The translations under genes were made by a program, and so were the position numbers. DNA of 63,338 nt, filler included, from Folioceros fuciformis (lineage: Eukaryota): NCBI GenBank assembly GCA_049999805.1. It is 6 parts of 6 records of this genome, joined end to end, with 100 filler letters (N's around TTAATTAATTAA, not from the genome) between each part and the next. Parts side by side here need not be neighbours in the genome. Positions count along the whole stretch, not along the records: positions 36,068 to 58,541 come from JBNGIO010005635.1; 5 more parts are not named here. One strand, written 5' to 3'. This document shows, one piece after another, positions 36,910 through 50,555 of this stretch; the stretch's first letter is position 1, and each line of letters starts with the position of its first letter. The notes beneath the pieces were generated by a model. It made no database searches. It was not told where the DNA came from and saw only the letters and a list, made by a program, of their open reading frames with translations.

Positions 36910-39900
36910 TCAGGCAGTAAAATACTTGCTGAAATCTACGAGACCTAAACCCTCTACATGCGTCTGATGTTTGTGTTTGGGCAGTGGTTTAGTGAGGACA
37001 TCAGCCGTATTTCTGTCAGTGTGGATATAAACAGGGCTGACAATTCCCCTAGCCTTAACATCCCTAACGTAGTGATGTGCAATTTCTATATGTTTCGTTC
37101 TAGCGTGAAACCTAGGACGATCAACAAGGGCTAGGGCAGATTGATTATCACAGTGCAGTGTAGTAGGGAGTAGCTACTCACAGTGCACTGAGGAGAGGAA
37201 AGAGCGTGCCCATTCAGCTTCTTTCGCAGCATTGGTGAGGCATTTATATTCTGCTTCAGTGCTTGAGAGGGCAATGCTGCTTTGTTTCTTACAGCTCCAT
37301 GTAACGGCTGCAGAAGATAAGAAGAAGACATATGTAGACAAGCTCTTGCGTGTGTCCCCATCAGATGCCCAGTCAGCATCAGCAAAGGCTGACAAGGTAG
37401 GTGTTTCTCCTGTTCTTTTGTAGCATAGTCCATAATTATGTGTCCCCTTCAAATAACGAAATACTCGTTTGATGGCAGTCCAGTGATTACGGCCAGGACA
37501 GTCCAGAAATTGAGAGGCTGTGTTCACAGCATATGTGATATCTGGCCGAGTCCAATTACTTACAAACAATAAGCTGCCGACTGCGTGCCGGTATGGGACA
37601 TCTTTCATATCAGCAATGTCAGCAGCTGAAACGGGACTGTCATCCTTGGTGAGTTTGACACCACTTGCACAAGGTGTGTTGGCAGGATGTGCATTGTCCA
37701 TGTTAAAACGTTGGAGAATTTCTGAAATATATTTACGCTGATGGATAATGATCAACCCCTCTGCACGTACTCTCAATACTTGTATACCAAGACAAAATTT
37801 CAGCTCCCCTACATCTGTCATTTCAAATTCTGTTCGTAACATGTCTTGAACTCGTGCTAACAAGTGGGTATCATTTCCAGCAAATATGGCATCATCAACG
37901 TAAATAGCCAGAAGAACATAAGAGGTGCCATCATCATAGATGTAGAAAGAAGGATCTGCAGGGCTCTGTCGAAATCCAAGGCCCTTTAGGCAGGTATCCA
38001 GTCTTGCATTCCACCGTTCTGCACTTTGTTTAAGGCCGTAAATGCACTTAATAAGCTGACACACATAGTCTGGATGATCAGGGTCTTCATAGCCTTCGGG
38101 CTGTTCCATATACAATTCTTCTTCGAGTATCCCATGTAAGAAGGCCGTTTTCACATCCATTTGCTGCAGTTCTAAGTCACGCTCAGCAGCTAAAGCAAGC
38201 ATGAGGCGAATTGATTGAGAGCGTACCACTGGAGAAAATGTCTCTTGGAAATCCAGACCAGGTATTTGTGTGAATCCACGTGCGCAGAGCCTTGCTTTAT
38301 AACGTGCTATGTTACCATCAGCATCTAACTTATGCTTGAATACCCCAGGTTATAGGTTTGCGCCCCTTAGGACGAGGAACAAGTTTCCAGGTACCATTTT
38401 GCATAAGACTGTTGAATTCATCATCCACAGCATGCCTCCATTTATCTCTATCGGGACCTGAAAATGCTTCTTTGAGAGTGACAGGCTCAGGAGGGATAAT
38501 GGGCAAAGAGGCATTGTGGACAGATGGGATACAGACTCCCACTGACTTACGAAAGTCGATAGATGTGTAACGGGGCTCTAGCCATTCAGAGGGAGGGCAA
38601 TGAGCACGTGTAGACCTACGTACAGGTTCATGTGTAACATCAGCTGAAACTGGCAATGCTGGTAATGTCTCTTCTTCACCAGAAGAATCAGAAGATTGGG
38701 AAGAACTGTCAAGTTCAGGTTCTGATTCTACGGGGTTAACTGGATTGTGGGGAAGATCATGATCTGAATTTTCAGCATTGTCATGTGCAGATTCTACATC
38801 AGGCTCTGCATCTAGTGGAGTATCAGCTGGAGGAGCAGGTGGGAACATGACACCAGCATCAGCTTCACCGTCAACATCATCTGGATACTCACCAGAATTT
38901 TCAGAATACAATTGGCTGGTAGAATCCCCCAAAGTGCTTGGTAAATAAGGAGGATCAGCTGATGATGGAACCAAATGCTCAATAAAGGTAACACTACGGG
39001 CTACCACCGGCTGTATATTGTGCATATCAAGAAGTTTGTAGCCCTTAGTCACTTCACTGTAGCCTACAAATACAAGCTGTCTCGAGCGATTGTCAAGCTT
39101 ACGTCTCTTCTCTGCAGGCACATAAGCAAAGGCCCGAGAACCAAATATGCGAAGATGTAAAAGACTTGGCTTTCTATTCCAAAAGAGCTGAAAAGGTGTG
39201 CCACCAGGAACAGAACGAGAGGTAAGGCGGTTCAAAATGTAGGTTGTTGTGACAACAGCCTCAGCCCAGAAAGGATTGGGCAGTCCAGACCATAAAAGCA
39301 TGGAGCGCGTCATCCCCATCAGAGTCTGGTTCTTTCTTTCCGCCACGCCGTTCTACTGCTGCGTGTATGGAACTATCAGCTGATGGATAATGCCTTGTGT
39401 TTCCAGGAAATGCTCAAAGGCAGAGCTTGTAAATTCCCCTCCGTTGTCGGTGCGGAACATCTTCAGCATGCGACCAGATTGCCTTTGAACAACCAACAGC
39501 CAGTCTTGAAATATCTGAAAGGTGTCACTCTTATGCTCCATAGGGTAGGTCCATGTATATCTGCTATAGTCATCAGTGAGAGTAAAATAATATAATGCTC
39601 CACCAAGAGATTGTTCTTGAAGTCTCCCACTAATGTCAGCATGTACTAACTCCAGAACTGCCGTGGATCGAAATGCAGGAACTGTAGGAAAAGGAGTCTC
39701 CCGCTGTTTTGCCAAAGCACAAACTTCGCATATGGGTAGATCTTTGAAACAGCGAGGAAGAGGCTCCCTGTAACAGTCCTGCCTTGATAAGTCAACAAGT
39801 TTAGAACGGTTTGCATGCCCAAGGCGGGCATGCCAAAGTATAGCCTGCTGAGCTGTTGTCAAGGGACCAACAGCTGTTGAATTTACTTGTTCACGGCGGA

Positions 39901-41251
39901 TACAAGAGATATCCAGACGATACAATTCTGAATCTAGGACAGCTTTGAAAATACAGCGAGAAGGTGAGCTACGACGAGCAAAGCAACATGTGGTTTCTGA
40001 GACTGTAAGTATGAGGTCCTTCATCTGCATTATCTTGCTAAGTGACATTAAATTTTTAGCCATCTTAGGAACATAAAGAACATCTGGTAAAACTAAGACA
40101 GTATCATCATGAAGTGGGAACTTACAGATGCCTTTACCATGTATGTGCAGACTGCTGGAACTGGATTCATCACCTAAGAACACTCGTTCAGAAATAGTGG
40201 TAAGGGTCAAGCTAGTGAATTGGAGCTCATCACGACATATGTGAGCGGTGGCACCGCTATCAAGGTACCAACTGTCTACCTCACTCGTTTGAGTGCTCAG
40301 GCAGAGTGTTAATATTTTCACAACTGGTTTGCTTGACTGAGGTTCGGAAACCTTTTCTTTTGATTGTGATGTGGCAGGTGCAGCTGTAGGTCGAGGTGTT
40401 GCCCGCTGAGGCTCCCCGGCCTTTTTCTTTCTGCACTCTCTGGCCCAGTGCCCAGGAGTCCCACACCAATTGCAGTTACCTTGTCTCCTTGATGCAGAAG
40501 GTTGAGTGGCATTGCGCTGAGCAGGTGGTTGACCTCTCCCTCTGCCTCTCATGTTGAATCGACCCCCTCTTGTCGCAGAAAAAACTTTGTCAGTTTTAGA
40601 ACGGCTGTGTTGTCCCCTTGATGACATTTGGCGGCTCATTTCCTCTTGATATAGAGCCCCAATAACATCTGTGAGCTTGACACTCTGGCCGGCAGCTCGA
40701 ATGGGACCATTTTGCGTGGTGACAAATGTCTGGTAACTAGGAGGCAGGCTGGTGAGAAGTTGAGCTACCGCATCCACCTCTTGCATAGTTGTGCCAAGAG
40801 CAGCCATTTGAGCACGCAAGTGCCTAAATCGACTAGTGAATGCTGCAACAGAATCTCCTTCCTTCATGCGCAAGGTATAAAATTGCTGCCTTACTGCGCA
40901 TAAGCTCATCATTGTTTCAACTTTATAAGTTCCTGTAAGCTGATCCCAAATTGCTTTTGCATTGGTGAGAAACTCGACTTCAGGGACAAGATCAGACTCA
41001 AGCCCATTGACTAGGAGGGCTACAGCAATTCTGTTCAGGTTATCCCATGCATCTTTCTGTTTTTGAGTAACAGTAGCTCCTGCTGTTGTAGGATTAGAAG
41101 GAGTGCCGGGATCTGGGTTTGTCCCATCAACTACATCCCAGACTCCACAAGTAAGTAAAGTGGATTTCATCCTAACACTCCAAATATCAAAACGCGTGCC
41201 ATTAAATCTGTCTGTACTCTTAAGATCAGAGGTAAAAGTAGGGGCTGACAT
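36910..41251 (-). pseudogene. copia G gag-pol
   Basis: CNWCGTPGHWAREC, WYLDSGATAHIC, RTDNGGEF, YVDD, ADADWA, LSSTEAEY; two stops and one frameshift. Confidence 0.95.
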
Positions 41252-41603
41252 GACTGTATGTGTGCAGGTAGCTACAGCTGTACAACAAAAAAGATGGAGG
41301 CAGCAAGCAAAGACCAACTAACAAGGAAGACGTAACTAATGCAAAAAATGAATAGTAACCATTCAAATCTTAGTGTGTAACTGTCAAGATACGAAACGTG
41401 CCCTAAAAAATATAAACTAGGGCTAAAGGAAGGAAAGCAGTTGGGATTCAGCAGAACATGAAGGGAAGCCTACAGGTGACATACTCAGGTAACCCTAATC
41501 GTCTCTTCATATCTGCAATCTGTGGCTGGAGCAATTGAGCAGATACTGCAATCCAGCACCAAATCCCTAATTGCAACTCCTCTCCTTGTGCAGCGGAAAC
41601 AAA

Positions 41604-42247
41604 TCACAGGATCGTGATAGGTGGGCAATCATGCCCTGAAGATTTAGATTCTCCTGAAATGAATGGTGACTCCGCCTTCAATTTCTCAAGGGGAGGTAAA
41701 TTAGAAGCTCCAAGTAGAAGTAGCAATTGATTGCTGATACGTTGCAAATGACCAGAGTATTCTTCCTTCAAAGAAGAAAGTGCATGTTGAAGGCATTTCT
41801 CTTGTTCATGCATAACCTCTAAAAAAAAAAATCATGTTTTGCGCGCAATTGAGCCACACGTGTCTCAATACGATTATAATAAAATTCCACCACAGAATGA
41901 GCATCTTCATAATCAGGATATTCAAAATCAGAATCTTCTGAAATAGCATCATCAAGAAACTCCAAATTAGACTGAAATTTATGATTTTCAGGAACTGGTT
42001 TTGAGTGGCTCCTGGGAGCCCCAATCTCTTGATGCCTATTCCTACTTTGCTCCCGCGTCAAGTTGCGGAGCCTTCTTTGTTCTTGCAATTGCCACTTCCA
42101 AAATTGTCGTAGTGAAACTCGATAATTATTGAATGTCTCATCGGTCCATGGCAATTTAGGAGTGGGTGGAGGAATATGTGATTCACGCTGGTGCCTTGGA
42201 GGAAATTCACCACGCGAAGAAACACGTTCTCCACGACCACGTGGCAT
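41604..42247 (-). pseudogene. ORF0 of copia G, about 213 aa, frameshift at an 11-nt homopolymer
   Basis: MPRGRG...GEFPPR; ATG 35 nt after the PBS; helical IETRVAQLRAKH...LQHALSSLKEEY. Confidence 0.65.
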
Positions 42248-43420
42248 TGCAAGATACGAAGGATTCAAACACCATCAAGGCGCTCTGATACCATGCGGAG
42301 ATACCTCATGCATCTAGCAAGAAAGGCCAGCATGCAGAGGCATGCGAGAGCAATAGAACAAAACGATGTGTATTCAATAATNNNNNNNNNNNNNNNNNNN
42401 NNNNNNNNNNNNNNNNNNNNNNNNNNNNNNNNNNNNNNNNNNNNNNNNNNNNNNNNNNNNNNNNNNNNNNNNNNNNNNNNNCAGAGGCATGCGAGAGCAA
42501 TAGAACAAAACGATGTGTATTCAATAATAAGCAGAAAAATGTTATATACAAAAAGTACCCTATTAACCCTAAATAACATAACCTAAAAGTAAGTAGGGAT
42601 ATTTAACCGTCGGGGTTATTAAACCAACACGCCCGTGCCGCCACTGCCGTCGCAATGGTCGCGACCTTCCCTTCCATAGCGGCGGCCCTTTTCTTTTTCT
42701 CTGCAGGCTGGATTTGAAGCTGGATTGCTACGGGAATCGATGAAATTTCTGGTCAGGCACGCAGATTGATGATCCCGGCGGCTTGCCCTTCCCTCCGCGC
42801 CGTTGCAGCCATGGCTGCTATGGCGGCAGATCTTTCTCTTGCTATTCACAAAATCACGTTTTTGGTGGCTTCTCCTTGCATGGTTGTGACTCTGGAGATT
42901 CTGAATGGTGTGCTGGAGTGTGGGCACCCTATTCTTCTGACCTCCTTGGCTGGAATCCACGCACCAGAAGTTGGCATCAGTCCCTTCCTCGTGATTGCCA
43001 GCCCTTCCAGCTCTGGACTTCATAGCCGTATAGAGGTTCTTGGCAGCAGCACAGGAAAATCTCTCCCTCTCATCCCGATCCTGCTTGGAGGCATGGAGGG
43101 ATGCTCTGGTAGTTGTCACCATCTCCTCACCTGCAAGCATTTCCAGGATAAAGAAGATGGAGGACAACAATTTATCAAAGAGCAAGGAGGCAAGGGGAAC
43201 GTGACCCCAACAAACCGTCCTTGCCCTTGGACGGGGGTCAAATAAAATGATTTCTAAATTAGGTAATTAATTATCTATTAATTAATTTCATTTAATTGAT
43301 TTATAAATTAAAACACTTTTTAAGCTATTTTACTTAAGAACTAGATGTCACGTTTAGGCCTACTCAGGCTCTTTTTGAAGCTAGAAAAAAAAATCTCTAT
43401 TTTGTTACCCATAGTTTACA

Positions 43421-43684
43421 GTGAGTGGGAGTGATGAAATATAGTAGGTATAAGGCACTATTCACTAGGGCACCTTTACTTAAACATTATTAAATGTCTA
43501 GGGCAACAACTAGTTTCCTTAGGTATTTAGTAGTTAGTAGTTACAACAACTTATTGTTATAACAACTTATTGTTGTAACCGCCTTCTAGGCTTTTGTATA
43601 AACACTTATGCACTTTTCAATATGTAATGCAATCAATTCTCTACAAACTCTTTTGGCAAGTGTGTTCATGCATGATTCTCATTA
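43421..43684 (+). mobile_element. PPT plus 3' LTR of an unidentified element
   Basis: GAGTGGGAG followed by TGATGAAAT...GATTCTCATTA; termini resemble the LTR at 44628-44849. Confidence 0.55.
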
Positions 43685-43718
43685 ATCTGTGCTGGCAGAG
43701 TACTAGCCAGCAGAGGGG

Positions 43719-44415
43719 GATAGAGCTGCAACACCATCATGCAGTGTTTAATGAGTGTGTAATGTAGCATGGTGTGAGTATTGTTAACTAATGAACCATG
43801 CATAAGTGCGACGTTTAGCAGCACGACACGATAGTTGTCAAGCATGATTGTGTGTTGTTGCTTAGATACATGCAAATAGTCATTAGTTAATAATTAAATG
43901 ATGCTAATAAATGGTATTAGTGGTAATTAATAATTATTTAATGAAGATTATTAGAAAATATAATGTAATATAAAGTCAACTAGAAATGTAAATGTGGCTA
44001 CAACATGTCTTAAGTAGCAAGCATAAAAGCCTAGGTTCAATGGTGTTCACTACAGTTGTAAGCTTGCATTCTCTTGGTGTGGAACAGGCTTCTCTTGAGG
44101 GAGCATTCTCTTAAGTGCATCCTCTTGAAAGTGCATTCTCTTGTTAGAAATCTGGTTGAGTTGTGCATGTGTGTAGTGTGCAGTGTGCAAGACTATGTGA
44201 TCCGATCGAGGATTTGAGAAGCCAAGTTACAACTCTGAGATGTATGGATGCAGGTCGAGGAGATTTTGTGGTGTCTAAAGGAAGCAAACGCTTCACTCTT
44301 GATAGAGCTGCAGCACCATCATGCAGTGTTTAATGTGTGTGTAATGTGGCGTGGTATGAGTATTATTAACTAATGAACCATGCATAAGTGCGATGTTTAG
44401 CCACACAACATGACA
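43719..44415. repeat. About 700-bp unit bounded by about 113-bp direct repeats
   Basis: 43719-43831 matches 44301-44413. Confidence 0.7.
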
Positions 44416-44615
44416 TCATGGAGAAAGAACAAAGTATTAGAACATAAAAACATTATAAGAAGAGGGAAGTCAACATAAAAGAGATGTGAAGAGAAATAGA
44501 ATTTGTAGAATAAACACAATCCATCTAGCCACTTACTAACTAGATTGGAGAGTGTCTCCTATACAAGCTCCTCATATAGAAGAAATTACATAAGCAAGAA
44601 CAAAAGAGCAAGCAT

Positions 44616-44849
44616 GCTCTAATACCATGATGAGAATCAAGCACTTGCTCTCAGCAATGTGTGTTCTATTACAAAATAGAAAGATAGATTCTGCCTTTAA
44701 GTAGGCAAAGCAGTTAAAACTGCTAAGTGGTTAGAACTAATAACTAATAACTTCTTAAGACAACTACTTAGTGCCCTAAAATTAATTAATTATATAATGT
44801 TCTAGGTGCCCTATTGAACAGTGCCCTAAACGTAAGCTATTTCATCGCA
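44616..44849 (-). mobile_element. 5' LTR plus PBS of an unidentified element
   Basis: PBS TGGTATtAGAGC at 44616-44627, adjacent to an LTR ending CA. Confidence 0.6.
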
Positions 44850-45659
44850 GATCTCAATGATTTTGCTGACTCTTTGCTAGATGTTCCTAAGAAGGGCCTT
44901 ATCACTAATCCAGCTCTCGGCTCCGTACTACTAGAAGAACGTCATTACCCTACACGTACATAGCTACCTCCACATAATGGAAAGAACCCTATTATACCTT
45001 AGCTGATTTTTTATGGCCACAAGCTGGAGTTGTCGTGAAAGTAACAGCTAGGAGACATTGCATTTTGTGACATGCCTCAGAGATGGGATTAGTCATTGCA
45101 TCTCATAACACCCTTTGTCCTAACTATCATACAAGTGATAGCGAAGCAGAGGTAAGAGTTTACACCTATGCATGGACATATTGTTTTTACTATAATGTTC
45201 GTTTTAGATAGGAATAGTTATATATGTAGCTATATTTGAAATAGCTAGTTGATCGCAACATAGCTATATAGTGTTGGAACATGGGTAGAACTTAAGGCTA
45301 TGTGTTTGTGCCAACCTGCCATTTCCAAGTCAATTGTTGAAGCCGCGTTAGAGAGCGTTGTGAAGCCCTAGACAACATTGGAGCATTCCTGGCTCCTAGA
45401 ATGGAATCTTTCCTATTGTGTTCTGGGAATCTTGTTTGGGGAGGGTGATTCACTACGTAAGTGTGCGATTTCCAGACCACTAGTTTCACTATCTTGTGAG
45501 GCCCTTCAATCTATAGTAGTGTGTTATACAATAGCATGCTTGCTACTCTTACTTCAACAACTCACTTAGCGAGTACTAGGAGTGGGAGCGTGAAAATTGC
45601 AAGTTAGTCACGAAGCATTGTGTGACAAATACAGCAAGGCAAATCACCTACACATAGTG

Positions 45660-48280
45660 GGAATATGGACGAAAGAGACAACGACAATTTCAAGAGGATG
45701 TGGAAGCCAACATTGAACTTGACTCACCACCCTTAGCCACTGATTCTGAAGGAGAGGAAGTGCTCGACACAAGATAGATACCCCTAGGGTAGTCGTACGT
45801 TGTGCCACTCTTGGGACAATCTAGTACCCAACAGCAAGTGGTGCAATCACTTGTGGGACAAACCTAAGTTAGGTATTTCAAGGATTTTGGCAACATGGAG
45901 GGAGGAGGTCCATACAAGCATGAGAAATTCTCAAGAAGGCTTAGCACCCAATCCCTGAGCGATTTCAAGCTTTTTCTCAATGCCATCTCAGCTGGCTCAA
46001 GTTCAAGTATGGTACCTCATACAACAACTAGTATGTGTTTCAGAAATTGTCTTACCACTTGACGGATGAAGTGTTGGATTTGTAGGAAGTGCACCAGGGT
46101 GATCTTTCCATTACTGTTGCAACGCCTAATCCAACATTTCAAAGTGCTTTGTAGTTGGCATGCCAAGCTGGCAATAATAATCAATACGTATCAAGTAGGC
46201 ATTGTTGCTAGCACTATTGCTGCTACTACACAGCCACCAACGGTGGTGAGCTTGACTGCAGTTGAAAGACTAGCAGCCGCTATGGGTGTAGATGAATACA
46301 TGCACACACCCAAATACATGAACCTTATTGAAGAGTTGATGGGAATCCTAGATAAAGCCTTCCCACTAAAGACTCTTGAAAAAATTGTAAAGCTCCTTTG
46401 CACATAAGAAACGGAAGACAGTTCAAATGGCTTTTCAAAGGTTGCAGAAGTTGCGTGAAGGCAGAAACCAAGAGAATAAGGCACAGACCAAGAGGCAGCA
46501 GAAAAATTCTTGACAGTGCTAGAGGGGGACTCTTTGTTTCACTTTCAACTTGTCACCTCCCCGATGGACAAGTATGGTGATAGGTATACACTTGAGCATG
46601 TCCATGAAGAAGCAGAGTGCAAGGAGATTGCATTTTCTGCCAATGCTTCCTGTCATTCCAAGGCTTTCACTCATTATTAGTCTATGGTCAGTAGCAAGAG
46701 GATAATTGGCAGAAGTGGGACTTTTGGATCAGCCAAGAGTAACCACGCCACAACAGCTAAGGTCAATCCTACAGTGACTACATAGATCACATGCAATTGC
46801 TGTGGGAGTCCCAAGCACTTGGCATCAACATGAAATTGTCCTCAAGCCGGATTGGTGTGCACACATTGCCGCAAGACAGGTCACCTTGAAACAATGTGTT
46901 TTCAGAAGCATCCTAGTGGGGAGGAGCTTCAAATGTAGCAAGAGCACGCCCCAACACAAGTGCTTCAAGAGCTTCATCAACAAGACCCAGCCACAATTTC
47001 ACACAACAAACAGTACTGTAATAAGGTCAAGGCCAAAGGGGTGGCAACCATTGAAAAAATTGCCTCCCTCAAGGCATCTATTGCAGCCCTCACCGCACAC
47101 ATGAGCACTCTTGTGGCCAATCTCAACTATGGTGCTTCAACTACGGCCTCCAAGCCTGTTGGTGCAGCCGCATTGGTTACCATGATAAGTGGGGAGGAGG
47201 AGGATTACGGACCTCCACACCAAGCATGCACAAAAAACTGTTTGCACAGCGTGGAACCTTCTTCAACCCTGCCAGCCACATGGGTGGGCCATGAATTGCC
47301 CTCAGCTATCATGGATGTTGCGTTTGGATCTCCTAGACCAGCCTTGTGAACTTTGAGGGGCACGCGCAGCCATCCCTCAATCCTTCAACACACTACCTCC
47401 ATGAGCAGCCATTCCCATTTGAGGGCAAGACAACCTTCGTGGAGATAGTGTGAGTCTAGTTCGCTCCAGTAATGGCACTTCACATGATTTAGCCTACGGT
47501 CAGCTATCTCTTTTGCCTCCAATATTGAGCGCTAAGTAGTTGGCTAGGAAATTGACAGGACATAAATACCTGTGTTTTCACTTCAAGACATGGGCTTGAT
47601 TACTGCAAGGCTAGGCCAAGTGTTGCAGACAAGGACAGTGCAAGCACCCAGCAACAGGCCAGCCCAAGTAGTTGTTTTGGAGGACTTTGTAATGGGTGCA
47701 TGTATATGGCCTAGTTCTAGCTAGTTAGAACCACTTACCGTCCCGAGACAATTGGAATTGATCTCTTCTGAGGACAGCCAAGGGGTGTACTCCACATAGC
47801 GAACTCCCACTAGCCAAGCTCACCCTCGAATTAAGCCAACCAATTGGTTGTCACTCAAGTTTTGAAGGCTGTAGTGGATAATAGGACAAGACATGTGCAA
47901 ATCAATGGATATGCTCCCAAGCTTGTCCTCCTTGACACTAGTGCATAACCCGTGATCATTGGCAAGACTTTAGCAACTCGATTACGTCTACATGGTCCAA
48001 CCTTGCGTCGCTCACCTTGGAAGATTCGAACAATATTAGGCTCCTTGGCACCAATGTGTGGGAAAACCCTGCAACCTGTGGCTATCACTTTGAAGTGTGG
48101 AACAGATGCTGCCATGACCTTGGCCCTTCAATGCCTTATCACATCAACAACCAACTACAATGTCCTTTTGGGACAAGAATTTCTATTTCCCCTAGGGGTA
48201 AGTGTGGATAATTGGATTGAACAGGCCTCCTATTGACCTGATTGGAGAAATGGGAGACAACGCATTGCTTATAACCCACT
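45660..48280 (+). mobile_element. Decayed gypsy-like gag-protease
   Basis: Double knuckle remnants (CNCCGSPKH, CTHCRKTGHLETMC) at about 46795-46900; protease LLDTSA*PVIIG near 47930. Confidence 0.6.
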
Positions 48281-50555
48281 AGACTTGCATGGTAGCATTG
48301 AAGTAGATACTGTCACATTGGCAACATCCTAGGTGTTGATGATTACATGTGTGATAGGATAGGAGCACACTTGAGATAGTCAACAATCTCCACAAACTTG
48401 AGAAAAATCTGCAGTCTTCGTATACTTGGGACAATCTTAGTCCTAGTGCTTCAGCCTTGCCACAATTAATAGCCATTCTACAAATTTGAACACTAGAGAC
48501 TTGTTGACAAAGAATTTGCCTTCTAACAAACATCACTTTCATAAGGAGCCTATGGACATCCAGGCTTGCCCTGATACATCTTAGCAGTGTGGCTGCTCCA
48601 CGACAATTGCCGAGCATAGTGGATGAACCCTTCTTGTCATTTAATTGCATGCTTTTGCAGTTCTCTACATGTAGCCAACTACTCATCTAGAGGCCGTGGA
48701 CGAGCGGCATCATATTTGAAGCTCTCCATCAGCATTTTCTCCTCGACGTGTGTTGGCTCTTCTCCTTCTTCCCTCACGGCGATAGATATCTAGAGCCAAC
48801 ACTCTTAGCTCGCAACTTGCCACCTTTACTTTTGTTGCGAGCTCTCTCAAGTTGTTGTGGCTCAGTTGATGTGCTCTTCCTTTTGTCCGTCTTCTGCTTC
48901 TCCTTTGTTCTTCCCGCTTATACTGATACCACGATGACGAACGTGCATAGTGATAGGCATTGAATTAGCGAGCGCACCATGGCACAATCCTATGCCTAAT
49001 CTACCAGCGTGCTCCGTTTACGAGGGCGTATTAGAGTAAACCTATTCCGTTAGTGTTTGTCATGTAAATGTATTAGCAAGTAGAGTTAGGGTTGCTAGTG
49101 TTGGTTATATGAAGAGACATGACTTTTGGTATATGTGATGTATACATGACACTTCTAGAATACATAGTTATCTTTTTCATTTGTGTAATTTAACAATCCC
49201 AAGCCTACATGAAGGGTTATTCATCATCTGCTTTTGTGGTAACTACTCGCTACTATGGAAAAAGAAAACAGAAGAACCTATCATCTCCGAAACATGGGGT
49301 ATTGTGATAGCACCTTACTTACTATGCCCCTTGAACTTTAGCATCTCACATGCCCCCCTCCCTACTTGTTTGCTACCCACAAATAATAAGCCTAAGGTTG
49401 GAAGTGCTTTTTAACCTTCCATCATCCATTTACTTTTGTAGGTAACAATTCTCCTCCTAGATCCTTCAACTATAGTAATATGTTCTCATAGATGATCACC
49501 ACTTCATAGCAACACAATTGTAACTTCCCAAGAAAGGAAAGATATCTACTACCGTAGCAAAGTACTAAGTAGTCTCCCCCGTAGTGATGTTGTTTTGTCC
49601 TTGTAATTGGCTGTTACATTTATGCTACTGAAGCTCTTGTACCCTATAGGTTTCTCCAACACTTCTTCCCTATCCTCCTTGGACGTTATGAATGATTCTA
49701 ACCTAGCTGTTTGATTGTCCTCTACTGTCGTTTGGGTGTCTTCTATAATCTACTGTGAATTATAATACACAAATCTGCCAACTTGAATAAATTGTGAAGG
49801 TCCAAAACGGCTGGGAACCAACGCTAGCTGTGTTGTGAGGAGCGTTATTGTTTATGTAATTTTACGTAGTCCGGCTCTCCGGTCTCCTTATGATAGAGGG
49901 AAGATTTGGTCTCCGTTCACGTCTTCAACAAAACGTAAAACGCTTGTAGTTTTATATTTTTGTCTCTAGATGGTATTTGATTGGCTGTTGTGCTCGGTGC
50001 TATCCCCATCTCCTGATCCCCATGTTTGCTTCTCCATGTACGCATCATATGTACCCGCCCCCGGTCACATCTAAATTTGCGATAATCTCCATGGTTCTTC
50101 GTCCCCTAATAATGCTCTCATGCATGCCTATCCAGGTACTAAAAACCTCATAGATATTGCGGAGCGAGCACTTGCCTGTATGTGCTTTGGAGGTACCAGT
50201 ACTCTCTACATAGATGTACGTGCCTGGAGGTACCAGTACTCTACATAGCGTTCAACGTTCAAGTCTGCTTATACTGCACTTGTCAGATTGGGTGTTCTTG
50301 AGGAATCTGGCACGCATCTCAGGAAACCTCGTCCAACAGGAAGTGCAATTGAAAACCAGACACTAGTTCTAGCAGTTCTGTTGATCGTGGTTAGTAGACA
50401 ATTTGTTTCGTAGTGCAAGGAGTCTCTTGTGAGGGCCTCTGTAGGTTTGGGCGAGTGTCCTCGGCGTAGTGAGAATCGGGAGGGCGAGGAAAGATCCATG
50501 GTGCTGTGATAGCGTCAAAGTAGTGCGGATCGTGCAGCAGGCCGAAGGTCGAAAG

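Larger units (their letters stand above)
36344..42629 (-). mobile_element. Ty1/copia element G (5' LTR through the 3' region), 3' end interrupted
   Basis: PBS at 42282-42293; LTR at 42294-42629 (contains an assembly gap); full gag-pol. Confidence 0.93.

Noticed and set aside
42336-42527. Apparent direct repeat in the LTR of G (similar case at 52286-52401)
   Set aside because: Overlapping contig ends flanking a 100-N gap; assembly artefact
43785-43825. Hammerhead-like CTAATGA in the direct repeats
   Set aside because: No GAAA core or compatible stems visible
48922-49195. PBS-like TGGTATCAG (minus strand) next to a TG...CA segment
   Set aside because: Only a 9-nt match, with no second LTR or coding support
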